From positions 992,001-1,056,000 of the forward strand of contig OY759729.1 of assembly GCA_963662585.1 (NCBI GenBank): a stretch of DNA of 64,000 bases. The letters are read 5' to 3'. The DNA comes from Candidatus Cloacimonadales bacterium (lineage in GTDB: Bacteria > Cloacimonadota > Cloacimonadia > Cloacimonadales > JAFGVF01). The translations under genes and the position numbers were made by a program. Below are positions 1-9,751 of the stretch, one piece after another. The notes beneath the pieces are model-generated. The model ran no database searches. It was given only the letters and a program-made list of their open reading frames with translations, and was not told the DNA's origin. The first letter of the stretch is position 1, and the number at the start of each line of letters is the position of its first letter.

Positions 1-3000
1 TTGTTGCATCAGTTGGAGCTTCCCAGGTAAGGGTAACAGCATTTTCATTAACTACAGAAGTTAAATTGTTTGGAGCAGGATTAATAACAGGTCCAAAAGT
101 GAAGTCTGCTAAAGTACGAGCAGTGATAAATTCACCTTCAAATCTGGAATTAGGAATAGCATTTATAGTACCAACGCCTTCAGGAATAGCAGTTCCGATG
201 TAATCTACATCATAGAAAGTGCTTCTGAAGTTATAAGTGTTTGTACCATCAGTAATTTCATATACTGCTCCATTTGCAAAATCACCTGTTGCAGTGAAAT
301 GAACATTTTCTAAGGCTACTACTCTTGATTCGTGAGTATCAAAAATAGAAACTAATTCAGGAATAGTAACTATAACTGGAGCTACAACATTACCAGTAGA
401 AGAAATAGAAGTAATGTTCTGTACAGGAGTAAATTGAAGCATTCCATTATACTCACTCAAAGTACCTTTAAGCCCTGATACACCATCTCCAACGGTGATT
501 GCAGTAGTAATTATACCGAATTCATCATCGATTAAAATACCTGCAGTAGTATCTTGAACATATCTTTGATTACGATATGTTTGAACAAAGGTAGCAACTG
601 CTTCAGATGTTAAGTTATATATTGTTCCATCCATTAAACCTGCTCTTAACTGAGCAACAGTTGAAACATCGATAGTATTAATAACTGTATAGTTAGCTGT
701 AGCGATAAATGAAGGTTCAATTCCATTTGCATACGCTTTAGCTTTAATTGTTGTAGAAGAAGTAAGATTTATTGCACCAGTGTACATAGTTGAACTTTCA
801 TTCGGTTCAGTACCATCCATAGTGTAATAAATAGAAGCACCAGCTGTTTCTGTAGAGATAGTAACACTTACTGATTCTTCATAAGAACCTGGAGCAGGAT
901 CGAAAGTAGGCATTGCTACCATTTCACCAATACCACCAGCAAAATCATGTGCTCCTAAATAACTAAACTCATCGATGTCATAAACCATCCATTGCGAGCT
1001 AGCCGGATCAGTTCCAGCAGAAGTAGCCCAATCAAGAGAACCTTCAATCACATCAGCTTTTCTGACTAAAGTATGATTTAGAGTAGCACCTGTTACACCA
1101 GCAACATCCCAAGAAGTTCCTGGATCTACTTGATAAACACCGATGACATCAATTAAGACACCATTTAAGAATAAACCAAGAGCATCATCTCCATTATACC
1201 ATGTAACATTACTTATTACATCGGCAATATCTAAGATAGCAGGAACTGCAGCATCATTAGCAATAATAAAGACATCGCCATGAGCTAAAGTACCTTGTAG
1301 GTCAACTTCATTACCCCATTCATTACCATTAGAACCTAATTTCACCATATAAGGAGTTAAATCAACAGCTTCTCCGGTTCCGTTAAAGATTTCTATAGCT
1401 TTATTATTAGATGAACCTTCAATGTATTCAGAGAAGAATAAATCTTCAGCTAAATCAGTTGGAGGAGTATCACCATCAACTGTACCAGAATAAACTACTT
1501 GATTTTTACCAACAGCAATAACATTATTATCCCAACCAGCAATATCCATAATTCTTACAGGATTGAATTGTGTTTCAGGAAGATCAATTTCAGTCCAAGT
1601 AGCACCATTATCTGTAGATTGCATCATAGCCCAAGTAGTTCCCAGGTTAGAAGCATCTGCACTATAACCACCAACAACTAAAGTACCGTTAGCAGTTTCA
1701 TGAATAGTGAATAAATCATCACCTGCTGATTCAGATGCTAGCATCCAGTCACCAGCTGTTAAACCGCCGTTAGTAGTGTAATAAATATCTCCTGCTGTAT
1801 TAACAGCAAGGCCATGATCAGCGTCTTGGAAATAGATATCATTAATATTTGTGCTTCCAATTGTGATTGATGAGAATGATATACCATCATTTGTTCTGTA
1901 AATTACACCATTCTTAGCACCTAAAACAATATTATTTTCATCGAATGCGTGAGCACAATAAATGTTATCATTTGCAGTAATTCCTGATAAAGTAATTGGA
2001 GTCCATTCTTCTCCGCTATTAGTTGTTTTAGCAGCAACAGAAGCGTAACCGAATACCCAACCAACATTTTCATTTAGGAATTCGAAAGCATACATTGTTT
2101 TAGTTGATGAAACTCCAGGTACTTGATAACCTGTCCAAGAATCTCCACCATCAACAGTTCTATAAACAACACCAGAAGTTTTACCAGTTACGATACCTTC
2201 ATTATTATTGAAGAAGTGAGATGTTTGAAGAACATTAATATCTATATCATTATATGGTTCAACAAATATTTTTGTGTAATCCATACCAGCATTAGTAGTT
2301 TTAAAGATAGTACCTTTATCACCGATAAGATACCAGTTATCTTCATCGATTAAAGAGATATTATAGTTATCAACAGAAGAAACTGTTTTTTCGACCCAAG
2401 TAGCTCCATCGGTAGATTTAGCAACAGTGCCATACCAACCAGCAAGCATAGGATTATTATTAGCATCATAAATTATATCTTGAGAATAGTAATTCCAGTC
2501 ATTTTCTACAACTTGAACATTAACCCAAGAGTCAGTAGTTTTAACAACCACACCATTCCAACCAACAGCATAACCTTCAGCACCGTTCATAGTAATGCCT
2601 GTTAATCTTGATCCACTTAAATTAATATGATGAGTCCAGTTAAGGCCATTATCATTACTATAACTTATTGAACCGTCATCGCCAGCGACAACAACTAAGC
2701 TACCATATTGTTCAACTACAAAATTAGTTAACTCATTAGGAGTACCAATAGGTAAAACTTCCCAGTTTTGACCAAAGTTACTTGTTTTATATAATTTTGC
2801 TAAATCAGGAGAACCATTGTTACAGGCAACAAAACCTGTACCACTACTGTTCATTGACATTTTATATAAAGTGTCAGTGCCAGGAGTATCTTGAAGAACC
2901 CATGTTTGACCATGATCTTCAGAATAACCTATTTTTCCATTAGCACCTGAAACCCAAATTTTTCCATCTGGATGATAAACTATACCTTCAGCATCATCAG

Positions 3001-3361
3001 TACCGAAAAGAGCAGCGATTCCTGGAGCTTGAGTCCAGCTAGCACCACCGTCTTCAGAAAGAATAACCATTCCATCTTCTGAAGCTATTGCAACATGATC
3101 TGCATCAGCGAATGATACATCGTTTGCGTCATTATATACACCAGAAGAGGCATTAAAGGTCGGAGTCATGACGAAACTAAAAGTTTCACCGTTATCTGTG
3201 GAATATCCTACACCACCACTTCCTCCACCAATTACAACATTGTTTCCAGCACGATCGATAGAGTATAAATTCACAGGGAATTGAGCTTGTCTATCTAACT
3301 GCCATGAGAACAAGGAGATTACAATAGTTAATATTGAAATCACACTAATTAATCGTTTCAT
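1..3361 (-). CDS. Large secreted multidomain protein, 3' end beyond the window: Ycf48/BNR (Asp-box) beta-propellers, lamin-tail domain, chitobiase/beta-hexosaminidase C-terminal Ig domain, OB-fold-like region, start of FN3
   Basis: Not in the ORF track because there is no stop in the window. Hand translation from ATG at 3361 (SD GGAGG upstream) is open to position 1: signal peptide MKRLISVISILTIVISLFS; many SxDxGxTW repeats (SEDGGASW, SEDHGQTW, TVDGGDSW, STDNGATW); LTD signature DLFFSEYIEGSSNNKAIEIFN; VAMPTFDPAPGSY...IYYTMDGTEP; PAPNNL...VTLTWEAP. Confidence 0.85.
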   Translation of the reverse strand, partial: MKRLISVISILTIVISLFSWQLDRQAQFPVNLYSIDRAGNNVVIGGGSGGVGYSTDNGETFSFVMTPTFNASSGVYNDANDVSFADADHVAIASEDGMVILSEDGGASWTQAPGIAALFGTDDAEGIVYHPDGKIWVSGANGKIGYSEDHGQTWVLQDTPGTDTLYKMSMNSSGTGFVACNNGSPDLAKLYKTSNFGQNWEVLPIGTPNELTNFVVEQYGSLVVVAGDDGSISYSNDNGLNWTHHINLSGSRLTGITMNGAEGYAVGWNGVVVKTTDSWVNVQVVENDWNYYSQDIIYDANNNPMLAGWYGTVAKSTDGATWVEKTVSSVDNYNISLIDEDNWYLIGDKGTIFKTTNAGMDYTKIFVEPYNDIDINVLQTSHFFNNNEGIVTGKTSGVVYRTVDGGDSWTGYQVPGVSSTKTMYAFEFLNENVGWVFGYASVAAKTTNSGEEWTPITLSGITANDNIYCAHAFDENNIVLGAKNGVIYRTNDGISFSSITIGSTNINDIYFQDADHGLAVNTAGDIYYTTNGGLTAGDWMLASESAGDDLFTIHETANGTLVVGGYSADASNLGTTWAMMQSTDNGATWTEIDLPETQFNPVRIMDIAGWDNNVIAVGKNQVVYSGTVDGDTPPTDLAEDLFFSEYIEGSSNNKAIEIFNGTGEAVDLTPYMVKLGSNGNEWGNEVDLQGTLAHGDVFIIANDAAVPAILDIADVISNVTWYNGDDALGLFLNGVLIDVIGVYQVDPGTSWDVAGVTGATLNHTLVRKADVIEGSLDWATSAGTDPASSQWMVYDIDEFSYLGAHDFAGGIGEMVAMPTFDPAPGSYEESVSVTISTETAGASIYYTMDGTEPNESSTMYTGAINLTSSTTIKAKAYANGIEPSFIATANYTVINTIDVSTVAQLRAGLMDGTIYNLTSEAVATFVQTYRNQRYVQDTTAGILIDDEFGIITTAITVGDGVSGLKGTLSEYNGMLQFTPVQNITSISSTGNVVAPVIVTIPELVSIFDTHESRVVALENVHFTATGDFANGAVYEITDGTNTYNFRSTFYDVDYIGTAIPEGVGTINAIPNSRFEGEFITARTLADFTFGPVINPAPNNLTSVVNENAVTLTWEAPTDAT

Positions 3362-3396
3362 AATTCCTCCAAATCGATTATTGTCTATATAGAGTA

Positions 3397-3425
3397 ATAT
3401 ACTTTATTATCAATATTTTGGCAAG
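3397..3425 (-). promoter_or_regulatory. Putative sigma70 promoter of the large secreted protein gene
   Basis: Minus strand reads TTGCCA-N17-TATATT just upstream of the SD and ATG. Confidence 0.45.
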
Positions 3426-3483
3426 TATTTTTATATTAAGTTTTGTTTATTTCTAAGCAAATTGTCTTTGAAATTTATCTAAT

Positions 3484-3509
3484 AAAAAGAAAGGGGAGTA
3501 ATCTCCCCT
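3484..3509 (-). terminator. Intrinsic terminator after arcC
   Basis: Stem AGGGGAG/CTCCCCT followed by a U-rich tract on the minus strand. Confidence 0.7.
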
Positions 3510-3522
3510 AAACATCAGTAAT

Positions 3523-4467
3523 TTATCCTTTGATAACAGTTCCAGTTGTTCCGGCAAAAGCATCAACTATTCTTTCGATTGAACTGATAATAACTTTCTT
3601 TCCGCCATTTCTGATAAAAGAAATTGCAGCAAGAATCTTAGGTCCCATTGATCCTTTAGGGAATTGACCTTCATCATAATATTTTTGAGCATCTTCTACA
3701 GTTAATTCATCTAACTCTTTTTGGTCAGGTTTGCCGAAATTAATTGCAACTTTATCTACACCAGTTAAAATCACTAAGAATTCAGCACCGATTTTTTCTG
3801 CTAATAAAGCAGAAGCAAAGTCTTTATCAATAACAGCATCGATACCATCTAAAGTACCATCTTTTTCTCTGATGACAGGAATTCCCCCACCACCACAAGC
3901 GATAACGATTTGATTATCTTCAACTAGCTGTTTGATAGTATCTGCAGGGATAATATCGATTGGTTTTGGAGAAGCAACCACTTGACGCCAGCCACGGCCT
4001 GCATCTTCAGTAATATGCCAGCCAAATTCTGCTTCCAAAGTTTTAGCTTCTTCTTCAGTATAGAAAGGACCAACAGGTTTAGTAGGATTCTGCATACTTG
4101 GGTCATCTTCAGAAACAACAACTTGAGAATTGATAGTAACAACTCTGTTGCTTATTCCTTCTTTGATGAGCTTATTCTGCAAACTCTGTTCAATCATATA
4201 ACCCATTGTTCCTTCTGTTGCAGCGACTAACACTCCGAGAGGAAGTGGAGCTACACCTTTTTGGATTCCTGCATTATGCTGAATAAGCATATTTCCTACT
4301 TGAGGTCCATTACCATGAGAGATTGCTAATTGGTAACCTTGTCTTATCAATTCTACAACTCCACCTAAACTATCACGAGTATTCTTAAACTGTTCAGTAA
4401 TAGTACCTTTCTGTCCAGCTTGAATTATTGCGTTTCCGCCTAAAGCTAATACTGCTTTCTTTGCCAT
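3523..4467 (-). CDS. arcC: Carbamate kinase
   Basis: VLALGGNA, SHGNGPQVG, PTKPVGPFY, EDAGRGWRQVVASPKP, CGGGGIPV, VIDKD and GSMGPKI are the carbamate kinase motifs. SD GGAGG. Confidence 0.96.
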   Translation of the reverse strand: MAKKAVLALGGNAIIQAGQKGTITEQFKNTRDSLGGVVELIRQGYQLAISHGNGPQVGNMLIQHNAGIQKGVAPLPLGVLVAATEGTMGYMIEQSLQNKLIKEGISNRVVTINSQVVVSEDDPSMQNPTKPVGPFYTEEEAKTLEAEFGWHITEDAGRGWRQVVASPKPIDIIPADTIKQLVEDNQIVIACGGGGIPVIREKDGTLDGIDAVIDKDFASALLAEKIGAEFLVILTGVDKVAINFGKPDQKELDELTVEDAQKYYDEGQFPKGSMGPKILAAISFIRNGGKKVIISSIERIVDAFAGTTGTVIKG

Positions 4468-4492
4468 TTATTCCTCCACATAATATTTATTT

Positions 4493-4531
4493 AAAGAAAA
4501 AACAAGGAGACTCACTTGGGTAAGTCTCCTT
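4493..4531 (-). terminator. Hairpin with U-tract between arcE and arcC (terminator or processing site)
   Basis: Stem AAGGAGACT/AGTCTCCTT followed by a T-rich run on the minus strand. Confidence 0.55.
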
Positions 4532-4568
4532 CGTTCACTTTTTATTTTCTAAATCTTTTTGTCAATAT

Positions 4569-5888
4569 TTAGAATCCATTTTCTTTCAAAATATCACTAA
4601 GAGTTGGCTTTCCAATTTCTTGAAGTTCATAAGTAACTCTTACAGAAGGTTTTTTGATATTAACGATTCTTCTTAAATCTATTGGAGTACCAATCACTAC
4701 AGCATCACATTCAACGCTATTAATTGTCTCTTCCAGATCTTTAATTTGTTGTTCACCATAACCCATAGCAGGAAGAAGTATTCCTATATCAGGATATTTT
4801 GCGAAAGTATCTGCAATTTCACCAACAGCCCATGGTCGAGGATCTACAGTATCAGCTACACCACATTTTTCAGCAGCAACCATACCTGCACCATAGGTCA
4901 TTTCACCATGAGTAAGAGTAGGACCATCTTCTACTACGAGGACATTTTTGCCTGCGATTATAGATGGATCTTCTACAAATACAGGAGAAGCTGCTTCGAT
5001 AATAATAGCTTTAGGATTTACGCTACGGCAGTTTTCTCTAACTTCAAAAATATTCTCAGCATCAGCAGAATCAATCTTGTTAATGATAATAACATCAGCT
5101 AATCTAACATTAGTTTCGCCAGGATAATAAGTGATTTCATGACCAGGTCTATGTGGGTCAACAACAACGATTTTGAGTTCTTTATCTGAAGTATAGAAAG
5201 GTGTATCATTATTGCCACCATCCCAGAGGATGATATCAGCTTCTTTTTCAGCTTCTCTTACAATTGCTTCGTAATCAACACCTGAATAGATGATACTACC
5301 CATAGCAATGTGTGGTTCATACTCTTCCATTTCTTCAATTGTACATTCGTGCTTAACTAAATCATCTAAAGTTTCATAGCGTTGCACTTTTTGCTTAACG
5401 AGGTCTCCATAAGGCATAGGGTGTCTAATAGAAACAACTTTAAGACCTTTTTCTTTAAAATACCTTACAACGGCTCTTGTTGTTTGTGATTTACCACAAC
5501 CAGTACGAGCAGCACATATAGTAACTAATGGCTTGGTGGTTTTGATAGCGGTATTTTTCTGTCCCATCATCATGAAATCTGCTCCAGCAGCATTCACTAA
5601 GGCTGCACTATGCATAACTCTTTCATGTGGAAGGTCGCTATAAGCTAAAACTACTAAGTCAATATTGTGTTCTTTGATTAAGCTAGGAAGCTTTGACTCT
5701 GGTAGAATGGGAATACCTTCTGGATACAGTGAACCAGCTAATTCAGCAGGATATTTTTTATCGTCAATACCTGGAATTTGAGTAGCTGTAATAGCTACTA
5801 CTTCATACTGATTATTATCTCTGAAAAAAGTATTAAAGTTGTGGAAATCTCTTCCCGCAGCACCCATAATAATTACCTTTTGTCTCAT
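4569..5888 (-). CDS. arcE: COG2403 P-loop protein (often annotated GTPase or cyclic 2,3-diphosphoglycerate synthetase-like); probable arginine synthetase
   Basis: N-terminus MGAAGRDFHNFN, P-loop RTGCGKS, RHPMPYG, EEMEEYEPH, WDGGNND, VEDGPTLTHG, PAMGY. Lies directly upstream of carbamate kinase. Confidence 0.8.
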   Translation of the reverse strand: MRQKVIIMGAAGRDFHNFNTFFRDNNQYEVVAITATQIPGIDDKKYPAELAGSLYPEGIPILPESKLPSLIKEHNIDLVVLAYSDLPHERVMHSAALVNAAGADFMMMGQKNTAIKTTKPLVTICAARTGCGKSQTTRAVVRYFKEKGLKVVSIRHPMPYGDLVKQKVQRYETLDDLVKHECTIEEMEEYEPHIAMGSIIYSGVDYEAIVREAEKEADIILWDGGNNDTPFYTSDKELKIVVVDPHRPGHEITYYPGETNVRLADVIIINKIDSADAENIFEVRENCRSVNPKAIIIEAASPVFVEDPSIIAGKNVLVVEDGPTLTHGEMTYGAGMVAAEKCGVADTVDPRPWAVGEIADTFAKYPDIGILLPAMGYGEQQIKDLEETINSVECDAVVIGTPIDLRRIVNIKKPSVRVTYELQEIGKPTLSDILKENGF

Positions 5889-5924
5889 ATTTTACACTCC
5901 TTTGACTAAATTTTGATTAAGTAA

Positions 5925-5952
5925 ATTATACAATGGAGATTTTAGTTGTCAA
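5925..5952 (-). promoter_or_regulatory. sigma70 promoter of arcE-arcC
   Basis: Minus strand TTGACA-N16-TATAAT (consensus hexamers), ending about 36 nt before the ATG. Confidence 0.7.
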
Positions 5953-6210
5953 GAAAAAGCTATAAAATGATTGGAAATATGGATTTTTTTTTATGAATAA
6001 AGGTTAAATAGCGTATTATAAGGGTTTTCAGTTAATTAGTAAAATCTAATTTCAAGCTTTTTATGAGTTTTCTTGAGAAGGGAAAGTTATTTTTTTTAAG
6101 TTCTTAGAGGAAATCATAAGATTCTATGGGGATTTACTAGATATGAAGAGTTAATTTGGGTGATTTCTCATATCCTTGAGAAGCCGATTTGTGGAAAAAA
6201 ATCTACATAT

Positions 6211-6242
6211 AAGAAACAGGAAGACCAAAGTGATCTTCCTGT
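6211..6242 (-). terminator. Terminator after rpsA
   Basis: Stem ACAGGAAGA/TCTTCCTGT followed by TTCTT on the minus strand. Confidence 0.6.
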
Positions 6243-6268
6243 AATCTATTGCAACACTAGAGTTAAAT

Positions 6269-8263
6269 CTACTTTTCAGTATCTTCTTCAACTACCTCAG
6301 CAGTCTTAGGGTCTTCTTCTTTAACTTCAGTGTTTTCTACTGCAGTTTCTTCAGCTACTACTGCTTCAGGAGTTTCAGGAGTTTCTACAACTTCTTCTAC
6401 TACTTCTTCAACAATAGCTGCTATAGGAGTTTCTACAGTCTCTTCTTTGGGAGTTTCATCAGCTACTTCAGCAGCTTTTTTAGCTTCTTTTTTAGCTTCA
6501 GCTTTAGCTTTTTTAGCTTCTTTCTTCTTCATAATCTCTTCATGTTGAGCTTTATGAAAATCAACATAAGTATTTAAACTTTCTTGATCTCTTGAGAAGA
6601 AGAATGCTTTCACAGAAAGAATAAGTCTTCTGTTATCCATATCAAGTTCAATAACTTTTAATGGAATTTCTTCTCCTGCAGTGAAGTATTCATCAGGAGT
6701 TTCTAATTTTGGAATAGCAAGATGAGAAACTGGTACAAAACCTTCAACTGTATCACCATCAGACTCGATATCAACTAAAATTCCTTTAGGGATAAGTTTT
6801 GATATCTTTCCAATTAATTCTGTGTTAAGAGGAAGTTTTTCGTTAAGTGATTGCCATGGATCTACATGAAGTTGTTTGATTCCAAGAGCAACTCTGTGAA
6901 GAGTTTTATCGATTGAAAGTACAACAGCTTCAATTTCTTGGTTCTTTTTGTAGATATCTTTTGGATGATATATTCTCTTTGTCCAAGAAATATCAGATAC
7001 ATGAACTAAGCCATCAATACCGTCTTCAACTTCAACAAATACACCAAAGTCAGTTAAACTCTTAATTTTTCTCTTAAGAATAGTACCTTCAGGGTATTTC
7101 ATATCAATAGCAACCCAAGGGTTTGGTTCCATTTGTTTCAAACCTAAAGCAATTCTTTTTCTCTCTTTATCAACAGAAAGAACTATAGCTTCAACTGATT
7201 CATCTAACTTGAGAATCTGGTTTGGATGAGTTATCTTTTTAGTCCAAGACATCTCTGTAATGTGGATTAAACCTTCAACACCTGGTTCTAATTCTACAAA
7301 AGCACCATAAGGAGTTAAGTTAACAACTTTACCTTTAGCTTTTGTTCCCTCCTCATACTTGGCTTCGATATTTTCCCAAGGTTGAGGAACTAATTGTTTA
7401 AGACCCAATGATACTTTCTCACCTTCTGCTTCGTAAGCTGTAACTTTTACTTTAAGCTTATCGCCAATGTTTAAAATGTCTGATGGGTGATTTATTTTTC
7501 CCCATGACATATCGGTGATGTGGAGTAATCCATCGATTCCACCTAAATCAATAAAGGCACCGTAGTTGGTAATGTTTTTAACTTCACCTTCGAGTTCTGC
7601 ACCAACTTCGAGAACTTCACGCAATTTCTTTCTCTTTTCGGAAACTTCTTCCTCTAAGACATCTTTGCGAGAAACAATAATGTTCTTTCTATCACCATCT
7701 AATTTGATGATTTTAACATTAGCTGTTTTACCTATGAATTGATCTAAATTTGGAATAGGTTTTAGAGCTATCTGAGATCCTGGTAAAAAGGCTTCTAACC
7801 CGAATACTTCAACAATCATTCCGCCTTTTACACGGCGTCTGAAAATTCCTTCAATAACCTCTTCTTTTTCAAAAGAAGCTTGAAGTTTTTGAATATTCTC
7901 TTGGAAATCTGCCTGTTTCTTGGAAAGTTTAACTTTTCCTTCTCCATCTTCAACCTTAACAATGTAGACTTTGATATCAGTACCTACATCAGGGGTTCCT
8001 GAATAAGTGAATTCACCTATTGGGATAGAACCTTCTGATTTGTATCCGATATCTACTAAGACTTCGCGATCATTAACACTAACAACAGAACCGGTAACTA
8101 TTTGACCAGATTCGTAATTAGAGAATGAATCATCATACATCTTGAGCATGTCTTCATCACTAATTCCATTCACTTTCGACATTTCGTGCTTCTCTTCAGC
8201 ACCTTTTTCTACTGCAGTATCTGCAGGGACCTGAGTTTTGACTTCATTTTCAGTTGAACTCAT
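6269..8263 (-). CDS. rpsA: 30S ribosomal protein S1 with a long K/A-rich then acidic C-terminal tail
   Basis: Six S1 repeats (YGAFIDLGGIDGLLHITDMSW, YGAFVELEPGVEGLIHITEMSW, FGVFVEVEDGIDGLVHVSDISW and others); cmk-ispH-rpsA context. Confidence 0.97.
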   Translation of the reverse strand: MSSTENEVKTQVPADTAVEKGAEEKHEMSKVNGISDEDMLKMYDDSFSNYESGQIVTGSVVSVNDREVLVDIGYKSEGSIPIGEFTYSGTPDVGTDIKVYIVKVEDGEGKVKLSKKQADFQENIQKLQASFEKEEVIEGIFRRRVKGGMIVEVFGLEAFLPGSQIALKPIPNLDQFIGKTANVKIIKLDGDRKNIIVSRKDVLEEEVSEKRKKLREVLEVGAELEGEVKNITNYGAFIDLGGIDGLLHITDMSWGKINHPSDILNIGDKLKVKVTAYEAEGEKVSLGLKQLVPQPWENIEAKYEEGTKAKGKVVNLTPYGAFVELEPGVEGLIHITEMSWTKKITHPNQILKLDESVEAIVLSVDKERKRIALGLKQMEPNPWVAIDMKYPEGTILKRKIKSLTDFGVFVEVEDGIDGLVHVSDISWTKRIYHPKDIYKKNQEIEAVVLSIDKTLHRVALGIKQLHVDPWQSLNEKLPLNTELIGKISKLIPKGILVDIESDGDTVEGFVPVSHLAIPKLETPDEYFTAGEEIPLKVIELDMDNRRLILSVKAFFFSRDQESLNTYVDFHKAQHEEIMKKKEAKKAKAEAKKEAKKAAEVADETPKEETVETPIAAIVEEVVEEVVETPETPEAVVAEETAVENTEVKEEDPKTAEVVEEDTEK

Positions 8264-9150
8264 CGGGTTTCCTCCTTAAACACAGGAATTTCGTTAATAG
8301 AGTTAACTATTACCCCACTCCCGTTTATATTAATAATTTCATTATAAACTTCTATAATTAAATCATCCGGAGTTGATGCTCCGGCACTGATTCCAATTTT
8401 ATTTTTATTAGTGAACCACTCATTTAACAACTCTTCTTTAGTCTCAATATGATGAGTTACAGTAAACTCTTGAGAGATTTTAGCTAACATTTTTGTGTTA
8501 GAGCTCATCTTCCCTCCGATCACAATCATCAAATCACTTTCCTTAGCTAAATGCCGAGTCGAATCTTGTCTTATAGTCGTAGCACTACAAATAGTATTAA
8601 CTATGTGCAACTCAAAAGTTGTGTCAAGTAATTTTTTTACTAATTTTTTAAAAACCTCAAAAGTTTGAGTAGTTTGTGAGATCAAAGCTACCTTTTTTGC
8701 CTTTAAATCAAGGATTTCTTCAGGTCCTTCGACTACTAAATATTTTCCTTTTAAATATGAGGTTAGAGCTAAAACTTCTGGATGTTCTCTATTTCCTAAG
8801 ACTACAACAAAGTAACCTTCTTGGGATAATTTTTCTCCAGTAGATTGTAATTTTTCTACATAAGGGCAGGTAGCATCAATAACTTCAATCCCTCTTTGGG
8901 TTAATAATTCTTTAGTTTCTTGGGCTATGCCATGAGATCTGATAATGGCAGGAGTATCAACAATTTCATCGATATCAGTAATAGAAAAAACGCCAATATC
9001 TTCAAGTCTACCGACTACCTGAGGATTATGAATAATAGGCCCAATAGTAACTAATCTTTCTTTTCTTTTATTGGCTTCATCTTGAGCCATCTTAATAGCT
9101 CTTTTAACTCCAAAGCAAAAACCTGAATTTTTAGCTAATCTAATTTCCAT
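8260..9150 (-). CDS. ispH: 4-hydroxy-3-methylbut-2-enyl diphosphate reductase
   Basis: GFCFGVKRA, IIHN, RSHG, DATCPYV, NTICSAT, SSNT, GISAGASTP. Confidence 0.96.
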   Translation of the reverse strand: MEIRLAKNSGFCFGVKRAIKMAQDEANKRKERLVTIGPIIHNPQVVGRLEDIGVFSITDIDEIVDTPAIIRSHGIAQETKELLTQRGIEVIDATCPYVEKLQSTGEKLSQEGYFVVVLGNREHPEVLALTSYLKGKYLVVEGPEEILDLKAKKVALISQTTQTFEVFKKLVKKLLDTTFELHIVNTICSATTIRQDSTRHLAKESDLMIVIGGKMSSNTKMLAKISQEFTVTHHIETKEELLNEWFTNKNKIGISAGASTPDDLIIEVYNEIININGSGVIVNSINEIPVFKEETR

Positions 9151-9751
9151 TTTTTCTTTCTTTTAATCCATTTATTTTATCTAATATATCTTTAGAAAGA
9201 GCTCTATAATTCTCTTTGTTTAACTCCAAATTCTCGTAATAAGTTTTATCCAATGGCTTTCCTATATACATTTTCAACCTTTTAATTCTAAATAAACACT
9301 GAAAGAGATGATTGCTATTTTCTAAATAAATAGGGAGGATTTTAGATTGAGTATTCATAGCTAAAAGTCCAATACCTGGTTTAGCAGTAAATGACTTTCT
9401 GGAGCCCTCAGGAAAAATTACAATTGTCTCTTCTCTATTAAGTATTTCATTGATATTAGTTAAAGCTCTTTTATCTACTACCCCTCTCTTTACTGGAGTT
9501 GCATTGAATTTAGTAATTATCCAAGCTAGGGGTTTGAATTTAAACAACTCTTCTTTGGCTAAAAAATGAATAGCAATAGGCATCACACTACCTAACAGAG
9601 GAGGGTCAAAATTCGACATGTGATTAGAGGCAATAATGCATCTTTCTTTAAATACTTCAGTATAATCACTTTCAGCAACTACTTTTAAGCCAAAGATATA
9701 CTTAAACATCCATTTTGAAGCTTTGGATATTACTCTATAATATGTTTTCAC
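9140..9751 (-). CDS. plsC: 1-acyl-sn-glycerol-3-phosphate acyltransferase
   Basis: NHMSNFD (HX4D), FLAKEELF and IFPEGSR motifs. Confidence 0.9.
   Translation of the reverse strand: MKTYYRVISKASKWMFKYIFGLKVVAESDYTEVFKERCIIASNHMSNFDPPLLGSVMPIAIHFLAKEELFKFKPLAWIITKFNATPVKRGVVDKRALTNINEILNREETIVIFPEGSRKSFTAKPGIGLLAMNTQSKILPIYLENSNHLFQCLFRIKRLKMYIGKPLDKTYYENLELNKENYRALSKDILDKINGLKERKNGN

Noticed and set aside
4569..5888. Annotation as cyclic 2,3-diphosphoglycerate synthetase
   Set aside because: No 2-phosphoglycerate kinase is nearby. The GAAGRDFHNFN N-terminus and the arcC linkage fit the ArcE branch better.
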